This document shows, in pieces, positions 1-11,943 of a stretch of DNA of 64,000 nucleotides (position 1 is its first letter; every line of letters begins with the position of its first letter). The stretch is from assembly GCA_040285825.1 (NCBI GenBank), contig JAUPSS010000002.1:2480001-2544000 (forward strand). Direction: 5' to 3'. This DNA is from Eukaryota sp. TZLM1-RC. Taxonomy: Eukaryota > Protista > Metamonada: BaSk clade. Made by a program: the position numbers and the translations under genes. The notes below the pieces were generated by a model. That model saw nothing but the letters and a program-made list of their open reading frames with translations. It made no database searches and had not been told where the DNA came from.

Positions 1-13
1 TTCAGATCAAAAA

Positions 14-925
14 GTGGCTTTAATTTCGATTGTTGTTGGTAAGTTTGATCGCCATAATTTCTTTTTGGAGAGTAAATATTCACTTATATTGAGAATGAGT
101 CCTCAAATCAGATTACCAGACATTGATATGGATGTTCAGGCAGAAATATTCTCTGACGAAAAAACCTTGCTTCGTGGGTTCCTCAACATTATTGGTAATC
201 ATCAACCCCATTTTTTTCTTAATCACAATTTAATGCAGTTTTATTTACAGGTTTTAAAAAATAGATTGAATTATTTTGATTTATCATTTCCCACTGTTCC
301 AGATGATACAGCAATTGATGTACTCAATCAACTTTCACTAAGATGGAGAGAAGTTGTCATCAGGGAAAATGGCTTTTTTCTTTTAGATACTTGGGTTTTT
401 GCCAAAAAATTTATTAAAATATTCTACGGACATGGATTAGGCAATCTGGCATATAGAATGATAAATGAAAAGAAAATGAAACTTCATCAGGAATTTTCTC
501 ATATTTTGCCAATTGATTGTTTAGCTACTTCTCCTCTGATACAAAATTCAATTCAATATGGGCTTCATGATTGTATTCTTTGTCTGAAACTTTTCATGTT
601 GTTTCAGAAAGACAAATTTATACTATCATCTTATAACACCATTCGTGCAACCGTCAACTCAATGGTTAAACATTCAAATGTGATACTCAAATTGAGAAAA
701 ACTGCTGTAAATTTTCAACAGTTACATATTCACACCACATGTTGCTTAAAGCTGTATTTACAGTCTTGTTTTGAACGTAATTTTATACCACCACGAATAT
801 CTGCCCAATTATATGAATCATTAATGGCCAGAATTCGTTATACTTCAGCTGAGTATTATGGGCAAGAAATGGTGAAACCAAAAAGTGCATTTCCAGAGGA
901 TTTCTTTAATCATCTTATTTATTGA
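14..925 (+). pseudogene. Family B DNA polymerase N-terminal/3'-5' exonuclease-like domain fragment, truncated by a retrotransposon 3' end
   Basis: Motifs resemble the PolB exo domain: EKTLLRGFL..(H)N..F.L.VL..R, LLDT...AK..I, YGLHDC (ExoIII-like) and NFIPP. The ExoII Asp appears replaced (QFYL). The stop lies inside the retroelement tail at 918-925, and the ORF may extend past the window start. Confidence 0.55.
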
Positions 926-1299
926 ATTTACACACTTAATTAAATTAACTCATAACTAATAGGACGACTATCATTGAACCAAGATTTCCTCTACAAAATC
1001 TTGATCTGCTTGCTGTCTAGCTAAAGCTTCTCTTATTCGATTGAAACACCGAGGTAATCTATTAAAATGGCAAATTGAATCCGTGAACGAAATAAAAATA
1101 TCAAATCTTTTCATTGTCTTTTCTTGCACCATTTTTTGGAAGTCATTCAAAAAAGTTTCTGCTTCATCTGATAATCTTCCATTTATCGAAAATGGGAAAG
1201 CAATAAAAACCAGCTGTGTATTTCTACCGGTATTAGCCTCTTCAATATCTTTATCATATTTTCTATGTTTCTCTTTTGCTTTAAAATCAAGAGCAGTCA
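918..1299 (-). mobile_element. 3' fragment of CRE-like non-LTR retrotransposon, family A (RLE C-terminus plus 3' UTR)
   Basis: Near-identical to 52541-52930 and 35423-35780. Encodes KEKHRKY...FPFSINGRLS and shares the 3' UTR ending in AATAAA. Confidence 0.9.
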
Positions 1300-3269
1300 G
1301 ATGATTTTGAAAACTTTGTTTATGGTGAAGGAGATTATAGATTATCGACCACCTTTGAACAACAAAAGTTGAACAAAACATTGAGTTATGTAGACCATTT
1401 GAGATATAGGCCTGAGTTTTTTCCACAATTTCCAACTGATGGCTTCAGTAGACCACCTCAGTATATGGCCCCAGTAATGTTTGCCAATTTTGAGAATAAT
1501 TTGAAACTAAATTATGAAAAACATATTAATCGATTTATTAATGTTTACTTTGACAAACCAGATGTGGAAAATGTGTTAGCAGAAATGCACAACTGGGTGG
1601 GTACTCAACGCCATTATCTACCATTATGTCACTATATAGATTTAGGCTTCGTCAATTCAAAAACTTGTTTTTAGTTGATGACAGAGATTGCTTGAGTTTT
1701 TTGTTTCATCATCCTGAAAATATTTCAGACCTTCTGAATGATGAATTTTTCGATTTATGTGAACAACATGATATAAGAAATAATGAACTTAGAGACATAT
1801 TTGAAGGTCTTATTGAGCCTTTTACTTGTCAAATTGAGAATTTGGTCACTGACGAGAATTTAGTTGATAACATATTTCCAGTGGATATACATTTTCTTGC
1901 AGACGCTGTTGAAAAAGATCCTCAAATATTCCTAACACCAGCAATTACAATTGTCCATTATATCTCCAGTAGAGAGAAAAAACCTTATCATATTTCTCCT
2001 GTTTCAACCACTGTAGGCCCTGGATATTTTCCCATTGATACAAGAACACTATGGAGAATTGTTAAACAAACATTGATGGATGATTTATCATCTACACAGA
2101 CGCTGAAAATGTCCAATACATTAGCCCAAATTACGAAATTCAAACCGCCTCAGCAATTTGACTTTTGGTCTAATATTCTCGATTTAAACCAACCAATATT
2201 CAAACAGAAGAGCTATAAATTCAACAACATTATCCAGACAGATGGATTTAATATTGCAGTAGAATTTGTCCGTCGGGATTTACAAGGTCAGAAATGTAAG
2301 CCAGACAACAAGGCCAGTATTTCTGATTTATATATTCATGATGTTGATGTTGATGTTGATGTTGATGCTTTTCAAGACAAACGAATTGTTGTTTGTGATC
2401 CTGGAAAACGTGATTTATTATACTTTGGGAGTAAAAAGACTGATGAAGAACTAGCCGTGGTTCCTCAGAATGACACTGAACAGCAAAGAAATAGTTGGGT
2501 GATGAATCAAGACAAGAAGTACAAATGGTTGAGAATGACTCAAATGTCCTGGTCTTTGAAAAGTAGGATGGATGGAAAACAGAAACGATGGGCGACAAAG
2601 TATACTGAGGTAGGTTACGACAGGAACTAATTGATAGAGTCTAATGAAATGACAATTGAAGATGCACACCCAATTATCCGCATTTGCTGCAAATTCAGCA
2701 ACTTTTAGAGAGTTCTCGAACTTTGTGGTTACCAAACTTCGGCAAGTTTTTTGGACAATTGACTTTTACAGTCTTGACTTGTGGAGCATTCATAAAATGC
2801 AAGCTTTTATTCACAAGCAAAAGACTGAAAGTTGGTTGTTGGAAAATCTTGTGCAGCAGTTTGACAATCCAAAAAACACTTTACTAATGGGTGATTGTGG
2901 TAAAAAAGGTTTTAAGAATTTGAAACATCAGAGACCTACTCGAGGCATTGGATGGAGTCAATTTCTGAAATGAAATGGATTTGAAGTATTGATGATTAAT
3001 GAAGCTTTCACTTCAGCAAAATGTCCTGTTTGTTTTGAAAAGGTTGCTACGTTTTTGAGAGTAAAAAACCCAGATTCTATAGAAGAGAAAAGACTCCTTT
3101 TACTACATGTCATGGTTTATTAGCTGGTAATAGTGAGAGTTGCAAACTCAGTAACAAAGGCTCAACAAAGCTCTTCAATAGAAATAAGCTGGCTTGTCTG
3201 AATATGTTTGCAATTGCTGAAGCAAGGATGAGTGGTAATGAAAGGCCTCAGTATCTGTGTAGTAGATAG
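1300..3269 (+). pseudogene. Fanzor (TnpB-like) family 1, frameshifted and 5'-truncated
   Basis: YMA..MFANFENN, IQTDG and RuvC-I VVCDPGKRDLL; MGD..HQRPTRGIG; RuvC-II INEAFTSAKCPVC; CHGLL; FNRNKLACLN; C-terminal ERPQYLCSR* at 3269. Several stops and frameshifts. Confidence 0.85.
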
Positions 3270-3320
3270 TTTTTGTAATTATTCCACACGAAAATTGATC
3301 ATGTATTTATGTCAATTTCC
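3270..3320 (+). ncRNA. Putative omega-RNA / right-end segment of Fanzor family 1
   Basis: Conserved with 19951-20003 (taattattccRcacgaaa...gatcRtgtatttatg..aatttcc), contains a hairpin, then diverges. Confidence 0.5.
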
Positions 3321-3379
3321 TACCCCTACAAATAAATCAAACCTATTCTGCCAAATACATAACCGAGATGTTGTAAAGA

Positions 3380-6300
3380 ATGAGCCTCCTTGAACAGTTC
3401 AGCAACCTTCCCAGTGATCCTTCAGCACTCCTCAAACTGGTCAATACGCTTCATAATGAAGTCACGTTTTCCTCTTTTCTTCAAAACTTTAGTAGTTCAG
3501 ATGATCAAGCCCTTGTACTAACCTCACTGAGCTCAATTCTGTTTCACCCCAACGTCTCCATTAGGTTTGCTTCCGAAAAGACCATCCTGCAAATCACTCA
3601 TCTGCTTATCCTCATCAATGCTAATCCTGTACAAACTCTTTTCTCCCTCCTCACCGACCCTTGTACCTCAAGCCCACCTTTATTCGTCTGTTTAGCTCTC
3701 TCTTTGTCGGCCACTGATTTCTCTACTACAAGGGACCTTTCTGAACAGTTTTTTGACCTAATTGCTGAGATGATTGATAAGTTTGGAAGTACTAGTACGT
3801 TTAAATCATCATTGGTTTTTGTTTTTGACCTTTTCTCCCCTTTTTTGACTGAGATGACGTGTAATTTGGAGCCCTTTTTGAACTATATTCTGTCCGATAA
3901 GCCTTCTACTGAATGGGTAGTTTTTCATTACCCTTATATTTTTGAATCTTTTGTTATCAATTATTTTAAATCAAATCTCAATTCTTGTATTAATTCAATC
4001 TCTGACATCGTTAATCTCTTTAGTACACATGTGGATGAAATAATAGGCCAAATTTTGAATTTTAAGTCAAATTTTTATGATTTATTAATGAGCTTTTTTG
4101 ATCTTCTCTTGTCAAGTTTTCACAGTAGTCATCTGTTAAATTTTAGATCATTTTGTTTATCCTGTATCAATCGCTTTGAATTTTTAGAAAAATATCAGTT
4201 AGTAAGGCTTGTCAACGTGGTTACACGTGTCACTGAGCTTTATTCTGAAATATTGGCAGATAAAATTTTTAGTGATCTCTTTTCTGACAAGTTTTCTTTT
4301 GATTTCCTTGTTTTTATTGATCTTTTCTGTCGTTATTTTATTTATTGTTGCAAACATAACATCTCCAATTGCTGTTTTCAAATCATGTATGAAAATTTCA
4401 TCTCGTCTGACTCCACTGACATTTCGAATTTTTCAAAACTTTTGATATTGATCCCTTACTTATCAAGACAACAAGTTGAAAAATTTCAATTTTCTGCTCT
4501 CACCAAATTTTTTGAGTTGAGCTCTTTTTCAGACCAGTTAAAATTTCCCATGAAAATTTTAATTTCCCTGGCCTTTTGTTCTGAAATATCTTTTGTTAAA
4601 AAAGTTAAAAAGCTTCTCATAGAGTTTTTGGATATTCTCATTCTTGATGCTCATTTTTTGCAATTCATCCAATCAAATATTCAATCATTTTCTTTGACCT
4701 TCTTTGACTGCCACGTTGACACTCTTGGTTTATTCATCCCTTATTTAAGCTATCCTTTAAATGACGGGCTTTTTTCCATCATTAAATCAATTGTTCTCGA
4801 ATTAACTCAGCTTATATCAAACTCAGAGACCAAGAATCTTATTTTTGACCTATTCAGCACTGTGATGTTTCTTTCACAAACCGTTATTAATGCTGAAAGA
4901 TTTGTTTGCCTACTTGAAATTTTGTTTTTTTGTTTGGATCAATCAGATTTGATTGATTATACTGATTTGATTGATGAGGATGCCTGGGACAAATTGATTC
5001 ATCTCTTGCTGTATTTAATGAACAAATACGGGGAAGATGTCAAATTTTATTCATCGAGTAATGAGCTTTCTCTGAAATTTTACTCTTGTCTGACAAAAGG
5101 GGATCAAAATGTTCTATTTTCTTCTAGCTTTCAGGTAATCGAACTGGCCATTGAGCTCTTTTCCAAAATTTTGACTCTATTTCCACGTGTTTCGGAAGAA
5201 AATCTCTATCAATTCAAAAACATAATGAAACTGCATTTAAATCACATTTCTCCTGCCATAATTGATTGCTTTCCGGCTCTCAGTAGAGCTTATCCCGAAA
5301 TTTTCGCTGATATTCTTCCAAATATTGACTTTTCGAGCTCCTTTTGTTCAAATTTTTCCTTGTTGCGATTAGCTACTTTGAACTTTGTTAATTCAATGCT
5401 AGAAGGTGATACACCTTTAGTTTCTGAGTTTGAATTTTTCCAAAACCATCCCATGTTGTTACCAATATTTGCTTCTTTAGTTGACTTTAGTTATCTTTGG
5501 AGGAAGAAATCTATCAAAGAGTTGCGAAAAGTCAATCGTTTTATGACCCTTATTAATGACCTTTTGAGATTTGATCATCAACCAGAAGAATCTTTTCTTG
5601 AATTCATTTGCTTCTGTGTTTTGCCTTTCAATTTCAGTTTTGCTGAAAATCATTTTGATTTAAATTATATCATTTGCAATTATAGATCAGTTTGTCTTCA
5701 ATTTATTTATAAAATGATCCTTAGGTTTGAAAATTCCCTTTCTGAAGTTTGTATTGAGCCAATAGTCGCCATGGTTGTTTCAAATTTTCATAATGCGACT
5801 TTAACTGAAAATTTAATATTGTCGAAAATTGTTAAAATTTTGGATCGAAATGGTTATTCTTTTGACACATCATTTTCTGATATGGTGAAATTTTCAACTG
5901 ATGACCAAGTTGACACGATCAGATCACTCAATTTACAGGCAGAATATTCAAGAGAAAAAGTCATCAATTTTTTGGAAATTTTTGAAAATATACCTCTATA
6001 CTCCTTGATTGATCTCTTGATGAGCCCTTTTCTAAAATTCTTATTATCAACTCAAAATTTTGAATACCTTATAACAGTTGTACGAAATCACTCAGACCTG
6101 CCTAATTTTTTGGATGGATTGACCCTCCTTGACCCAGAAACATCTACAGTGATCCCTTTTAACTGTAGATCTCTCTTGGCCATTGAATTTTTAATTTCAA
6201 ATGAACTTATTACAATTGCCAACCCATATTTTTCGAATATTTTTAAATGTCTTTGTGCTCTTTCAGTAGATAATGGTATTGATTCTTCTTTCAGAATTTG

Positions 6301-7552
6301 CTGTTTTAAACTATTACCATCAATTATTCAATCAAATATTTCGGTAATCTCTCACTCAGATCAAAAATCACATTTTGAGCAAAAAATTCGATTTTCTTTC
6401 AATTTTTCTTCACCCGAAGCTATCACCACTGTAGATTTTCCCAAATTTTTAGGCCTTAGGCACGCGAAATCACTACGAAATATTCAATTCGAAGGTTTTG
6501 AATTAGATCAACTATTAGATAATATTACTCACTGCGTATCTTGTTTACTGATAGAGCCCGACAAGCTGAACTTGCCAACTCTTGTCTATTGTTTACAAGT
6601 TGTTTCTCTTACTTGGAAGTACTTTCCGGTGTCCGTCCAGTTTTCGTTGTTAAATGGACCACTACAAGTATTTATTACCTTTTTCAATAATAATTTTAAA
6701 GCTTTTTGTCATTTGAATAGTTTAATTTTGGCGGTGTTCAGAACTCTTTCGTACATGAGCTCTACTCAGTTAGATAGAGGTCCTAAATTTTTAACCAATA
6801 GCTTAGTCAAATTAATCAAATATTTCACGAAAAATCACAATTTGTTTAATTTTTCTGAAATATTTGATATTTCTTCAACTCTTTGTGGACTTGATCTCCC
6901 ATGTGTTAAAAATCTAGGTACCGAGCTCTTCTCTAGAATTTCTAAAATATTGGACCACACCAACAAGTCCTCTGATATTGTCAGTAACTTTGGTTTCTCG
7001 TATAGACTTTATTCTTTCAATAATTTCATTATTCTAAAAAAGGCTTGTCTTTTGCTTTCTCAGTTATGCCAATCAAAATTGATAGATCAATCTAAAATTT
7101 TTGACCTTGTCTCTTCACAGAACAGCTCATTATTAACTCTTTCCGTTTTGGGTTCTGTTGATAATTCACAATTAAGAGCTGTTTTTTCACAGAGTTCAAA
7201 CTGTTTAATAATTTGCTATTTATCATCTAAAAATTGTTTCGAAATTGATGAATTAATTGTTAAATTATCTGAACTCATTTTAGAATTAAAAGATTCCATA
7301 TCTAGCTCTGTAATTGATACCATTTTATATCTGTTTTCCAGAGTCGCTAGTACTTCCGAAAGCTGCAGTGTGTTTTCTTTAATGTTTACTTTGTTACCTA
7401 ATCCTTTGGTAACAGAACTCATCTGTTGCTTGCTTCGTTCAAGTAGTTGTTGCATAGTAAAAGATTTTGTGGGAGAACTTATTGAGCAAAATTTGATACG
7501 AGATGATAATAAATTGCATAAATGTCTTGAAAGGATTAAAAAATTCGTTTGA
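3380..7552 (+). CDS. Large hypothetical protein, probably alpha-solenoid (ARM/HEAT-like)
   Basis: 1390-aa uninterrupted ORF with Leu/Phe/Ser-rich helical composition; no recognisable motif. Confidence 0.7.
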   Translation: MSLLEQFSNLPSDPSALLKLVNTLHNEVTFSSFLQNFSSSDDQALVLTSLSSILFHPNVSIRFASEKTILQITHLLILINANPVQTLFSLLTDPCTSSPPLFVCLALSLSATDFSTTRDLSEQFFDLIAEMIDKFGSTSTFKSSLVFVFDLFSPFLTEMTCNLEPFLNYILSDKPSTEWVVFHYPYIFESFVINYFKSNLNSCINSISDIVNLFSTHVDEIIGQILNFKSNFYDLLMSFFDLLLSSFHSSHLLNFRSFCLSCINRFEFLEKYQLVRLVNVVTRVTELYSEILADKIFSDLFSDKFSFDFLVFIDLFCRYFIYCCKHNISNCCFQIMYENFISSDSTDISNFSKLLILIPYLSRQQVEKFQFSALTKFFELSSFSDQLKFPMKILISLAFCSEISFVKKVKKLLIEFLDILILDAHFLQFIQSNIQSFSLTFFDCHVDTLGLFIPYLSYPLNDGLFSIIKSIVLELTQLISNSETKNLIFDLFSTVMFLSQTVINAERFVCLLEILFFCLDQSDLIDYTDLIDEDAWDKLIHLLLYLMNKYGEDVKFYSSSNELSLKFYSCLTKGDQNVLFSSSFQVIELAIELFSKILTLFPRVSEENLYQFKNIMKLHLNHISPAIIDCFPALSRAYPEIFADILPNIDFSSSFCSNFSLLRLATLNFVNSMLEGDTPLVSEFEFFQNHPMLLPIFASLVDFSYLWRKKSIKELRKVNRFMTLINDLLRFDHQPEESFLEFICFCVLPFNFSFAENHFDLNYIICNYRSVCLQFIYKMILRFENSLSEVCIEPIVAMVVSNFHNATLTENLILSKIVKILDRNGYSFDTSFSDMVKFSTDDQVDTIRSLNLQAEYSREKVINFLEIFENIPLYSLIDLLMSPFLKFLLSTQNFEYLITVVRNHSDLPNFLDGLTLLDPETSTVIPFNCRSLLAIEFLISNELITIANPYFSNIFKCLCALSVDNGIDSSFRICCFKLLPSIIQSNISVISHSDQKSHFEQKIRFSFNFSSPEAITTVDFPKFLGLRHAKSLRNIQFEGFELDQLLDNITHCVSCLLIEPDKLNLPTLVYCLQVVSLTWKYFPVSVQFSLLNGPLQVFITFFNNNFKAFCHLNSLILAVFRTLSYMSSTQLDRGPKFLTNSLVKLIKYFTKNHNLFNFSEIFDISSTLCGLDLPCVKNLGTELFSRISKILDHTNKSSDIVSNFGFSYRLYSFNNFIILKKACLLLSQLCQSKLIDQSKIFDLVSSQNSSLLTLSVLGSVDNSQLRAVFSQSSNCLIICYLSSKNCFEIDELIVKLSELILELKDSISSSVIDTILYLFSRVASTSESCSVFSLMFTLLPNPLVTELICCLLRSSSCCIVKDFVGELIEQNLIRDDNKLHKCLERIKKFV

Positions 7553-8699
7553 AATTTAGATTAATTTTTTTTATCTATAAATGTGTATTTACTAAGGTTG
7601 TATGTTTTTCTTGTTTTGGAATGTGTACTTTATTACTTGTATTGTATCAACTCTTGTTTATTGTCTTGGTTAATAAAATTTCGGTTTATTTTTTTTACTT
7701 TTATCAAATGCTTTTCCAGAATTATTTTAGTGTGTTGTTTACTTTCATAACGAACTGTTCGAACTGGTTTTTCTCAACTGGAATTTCCTTCATCCGAAAA
7801 CTTAGTTATGAGAAAGACCCAACTACAAACATGATTGCAACTGGAAATTTCACTTTCACCTTCAATAACCCCGAGATAACCAGTCCTCTTGAAAGTATTT
7901 GCATCATTTAGGAGATTCTCAATAAATTATTGTCTTAACACTTAGAGGGAACGCTCAACAAGTGGAGAGCTTGTGTATTACATATTCTTTAAATCAAACA
8001 TTTGCTATTTTTGTTTTTATTGTGTCACTTGCTCCCAACATAGACACCAATGATCGTGTATTTCAACAAATTTCTTCAAATTCTTCTGGAACAATAGTTA
8101 ATGAACAACTTTGATTAATGATCAGTGCTCAGATCCCTTTATATTTTCTGGCAATTCTGTTCCGTTTTTCTACTATTAGAATTACTACAAGTCAGTAACG
8201 TATTTAGAATGTTGGTAAATTCATCTCTGAAAAGAATACATCAAAATGATAAGAAACACATTCCATGTTAATTTTGAAATTGCAATATTCTGCCATTTCA
8301 GCATTAAATTTTGAACTACAAATGCTCTACAGGGCAATGTTTCACCTGTGTCAACGGCAAAACTCGATTTCTCACCGGTCTATCAGCTTCTGTTTTTGAA
8401 TAATTGGTTTACTAGTGTAACGCTTTGTATTTGAACCTCCTAAACATTGAATTTTTGTTTTTGAATTAAGAATCACAAAACTTGATTTTGAAAACTAAAG
8501 TAGTCTACCAAATGAGGTGGATCAAAAAAAATACATAAATGAACCATGTATTAATGAACCCATCTCAAGCATTTCAATGAGGACATTCAAAGTGTGACTT
8601 GGAACGTTTCTAATGATTTTATCTGTTTCATTTGGGTATAAGAAATGTCAAACTTTGGCTATTTATCATTTCTATGAATAATTTTTTTCTAATTATTAA

Positions 8700-9180
8700 T
8701 TTTATTAAAAACCTATGAATTAACATCTAAATAATCCATCTTTCCCAAAACAAAAACACTAGATGCAACTCTCCTATAGTGAGATCCAACAGAAAGCAAA
8801 GTATCAGAAACCATCTTCAACATTCCCTTGAAAATAGAAAACGCATTTCTATTTTTGCCAAAACAATCAGTTGAAATTTCTGTTAGTTCTTCTCTTTACA
8901 ATCATTTCAAAATCTGTCAAGGAACGTATAGCTGTGGGAGCAAGTGAACCAAAAAGGGAAAATACAAATGGATACAAATTGTATTTTGCATGCTGTTGAC
9001 TGGACAATTTGGACAAAGGTTCAGTGTATTTTTTGATTTTGAATTTTTCAGCATTTGAAAGAGGATTACGAATTTCAGAATTATCAAGCCTTTCATTTGA
9101 GGCATTACAAGGATCAACGGACATCACATCCAATAAATTGAAAGTTCCATCTAAAATTTCTGTGAATAAACCAATAGTTT
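8700..9180 (-). mobile_element. Non-LTR RLE retrotransposon 3' fragment, family E
   Basis: DVMSVDPC...AEKFKIKKY...PFVFSLFGSL, homologous to the RLE C-termini of the other families. Confidence 0.75.
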
Positions 9181-9892
9181 CTACAAAACATTTTATTCAG
9201 CAATCAAAACAGCATTTGAATCAAAATTGTAGAGTAAAACTGGTTATGTGGTCACCATATTGATTTTCATTTTGAACAGATCAGAGTAAGATGATTTTGG
9301 CACACCAGGTTTGTAAATTGCAATTGAATAAGTCAAATTAGTGTGAGGAGGTCATTTCCTCTGCCAAGTATATATAGTGTACTTCTTCACAAACACACAA
9401 TTTTTCACAGACATCACAAATAATATGAGTGGATAGTATTCCGTAATTGACATAAATGAAACCATTGCTCTTAATTACTGACGTATTTTGTGCCGATTTC
9501 CAACTGACCAGGTATATCGTTTGTTTGAATCCACCATACTATTTGAATAAAACAGTAGACGTTGAACTACTGATTGAAATGTCATATAATTGATCACGTA
9601 CACAGTTCTGAGAATGAATAGATTTCAAAAAATCAAATAGTTTCAAAAGATTGCATTGTGAACAAGGTTATTTTAAAATCATGATATTGGTAACAAAACA
9701 ATGATTAGCTTTCATTCTAGACTGGAATCAATCAAAAATGCTATACAGTCACTCTTGTTGAAAATGAAAAGCTACAGTTGTGACAAAAAATGTAGGTATA
9801 TCACCACACTATCCTAACATTGGTTTTCTCTTTTTTAATGGTGTGATTTGATATATTTTATATTCACTCACAAAAACTTTATTTATTTTGGA

Positions 9893-10474
9893 ATGGCAAC
9901 TCGAGTTTTTCCAGTCAAGAACAAGCACAAGTTGGATAACCCATGGAGGCGTCAAGTTCTGCCTCCGAAGGAAACCCTACTTAAGCTTGGCCTGACCCCA
10001 AGTGATATAGTATTAGATGTTGGATGTGGTATTGGTTACTTTACGTTCAGTGCTGCTCAGATTGTAGGACCTGACAACAAAGTGTATGCATTAGATCTAT
10101 CACAAGATATGTTAGACGTATTAAGAGCAAACGCTGATGAAAGCCTCGCCTCCTGCATTACCACAGTTAAAACCGATACATATGATATGAAGCTCCTGGA
10201 TGAGGTGGCAAGTTTCGCTCTCGTGGTCACTGTGCTACATGAAGTAGAAGATCCGAAGCGATTCATTCAAGAAGTGCACCGTATTCTCAAACCAGGAGGT
10301 AGAATTGCAATAGTGGATTTCGAAGCCAAAGAAACACAATATGGCCCTCCGTTAGCACATAGAATCCAAAACTCTGTGTGTAGGGAGCTTGTTGAAGACT
10401 CTGGCTTTGAAATCACTGATTATCTCTCTTTTGATGCCACATTTTATGGTATTGTCGCTGTGAAGAACAATTAA
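9893..10474 (+). CDS. Class I SAM-dependent methyltransferase, bacterial-like
   Basis: Motif I VLDVGCGIGYF, then YALDLS, VLHEV.DP..FI.E.HRILKPGGRIAIVDF and GPP..HRI. ATG at 9893. Confidence 0.9.
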   Translation: MATRVFPVKNKHKLDNPWRRQVLPPKETLLKLGLTPSDIVLDVGCGIGYFTFSAAQIVGPDNKVYALDLSQDMLDVLRANADESLASCITTVKTDTYDMKLLDEVASFALVVTVLHEVEDPKRFIQEVHRILKPGGRIAIVDFEAKETQYGPPLAHRIQNSVCRELVEDSGFEITDYLSFDATFYGIVAVKNN

Positions 10475-10809
10475 TATTATCAATAGCCATTTGTAAATAA
10501 ATCAATAGAAATACAACACCATTTAATGGTTTCCCGAGAATTCGTTGATATTGATGCTCTAATATGTGAAATGGAAAAGGAAGAGTCTTCCAAATATGGA
10601 AAAATCCAAAAATGCTACAGATTCACTGTAGTAAGAAGCTATAACTTATGACAGATATGGAGGCCTTTGACCAACACTATCCTCTACAAAATAATCTACA
10701 ATTGCCTTGATGTTGATATATGCTAACTTGTTACGATTCCATACCTTATTCTTTCCATCACACTCTTCTCTACAAACTTCAGATCGACATCTTAACAAAG
10801 ATTGACATT

Positions 10810-11943
10810 TCACAGTAGGGCACTTCTCTTTCTTTTATTACCTTTTTTTATGATTTTCCCTTTTGCCTTGGGCTTTGACGGCTGAATCTCAATTTTTGGG
10901 GCCTTGACGTCAATTCGAGGTATAGCTGCGGTATTTGGCATTACATCATCTTTTGAATTTTTTATCAATAATTTCTCAGCTGACTGTAAAGCCCTTTGAG
11001 TCATATGAAGAATAAGTGTACATCGTTTCTGTCTCGCAGATAGATTTGACGGTAAACTTTTAACGAACTCCCTGAATAGTACATTTTGTTCTGTATCAAT
11101 TGGTACAGAAGTTGAATCACTGCTATTTGAATGACTACTTTTATGTATAGTTCTGGGTTTTCTAGTAGCTTTTGATGTGTTTTTTCCGCTTTTTCCAGGC
11201 AGAGTATAAGGTTCTTGTCTTACATTTTTTGAAGGAGGGGTTGATAGCACTGTTGACTTTCTCTTTTTGAGCTGACTATCTTGTCTTGTTCCAGACTGTA
11301 GGTACTCCGCAAGGTTTCTGGTTCTAGCTTCTTTGATTTCCCTATCAGTGCAAGGTTGATTTTCTAAGATTTCTAAATTCATTCTAAATTCAGTCACGTT
11401 TAATCCAGATCCATATAATACAACTATAAAATTCACCAAATCCAAATTGTGATCATTGGGTTCATACACCTGCTTGGCTATTGCAGCGTACAAACATACA
11501 AACACCCCACAATCGTATCCATTAGTTTGTCGTGGTATGTCATTTAAAGTGACAATTGGCGCCAAGTCACCAAACTGATTAACTATCCACTTTGCAACTT
11601 CAAAATAAAGGGATTTAGTCAAAGAATCTAAATAGTACAATTATCTCGTAGTATTAAAGTTCTTAAAGATTAATAAAGTGCAATGTGAACCACCATTCCC
11701 TTGTATATTGTCATTGACAGGAATAATACATATGTTATTTTCATATAGATTCAAATGCTCTGATGCCAGCTCGTCGTTATTGAGAAAGTCGACAATGGTT
11801 GCAGAATGGATGAAATCTATGTGTGAAGATTTCAAAGTGGAAAGATAATTGGAAATAGTCGCATCATCTAACCATTCTGTACCTAGAGCTGTATACAGTT
11901 TCTCAGGTCCTGGATTCGCTCCAACATCCCCATAAATTGTCAA
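10810..11943 (-). pseudogene. Ulp1/SENP8-like (C48) cysteine protease with an in-frame stop
   Basis: WLDDATI, IPVNDN..GGSH(C)TLL, YYLDSL and PRQTNGYDCGVFV. Two ORFs in one frame separated by TAA at 11641-11643; the usual HW reads HC. Confidence 0.8.

Noticed and set aside
2335-2370. GATGTT hexamer repeat
   Set aside because: Simple microsatellite expansion inside the Fanzor pseudogene.
7549-8200. Short ORFs after the 1390-aa gene
   Set aside because: Fragmented, T-rich and without a recognisable domain.
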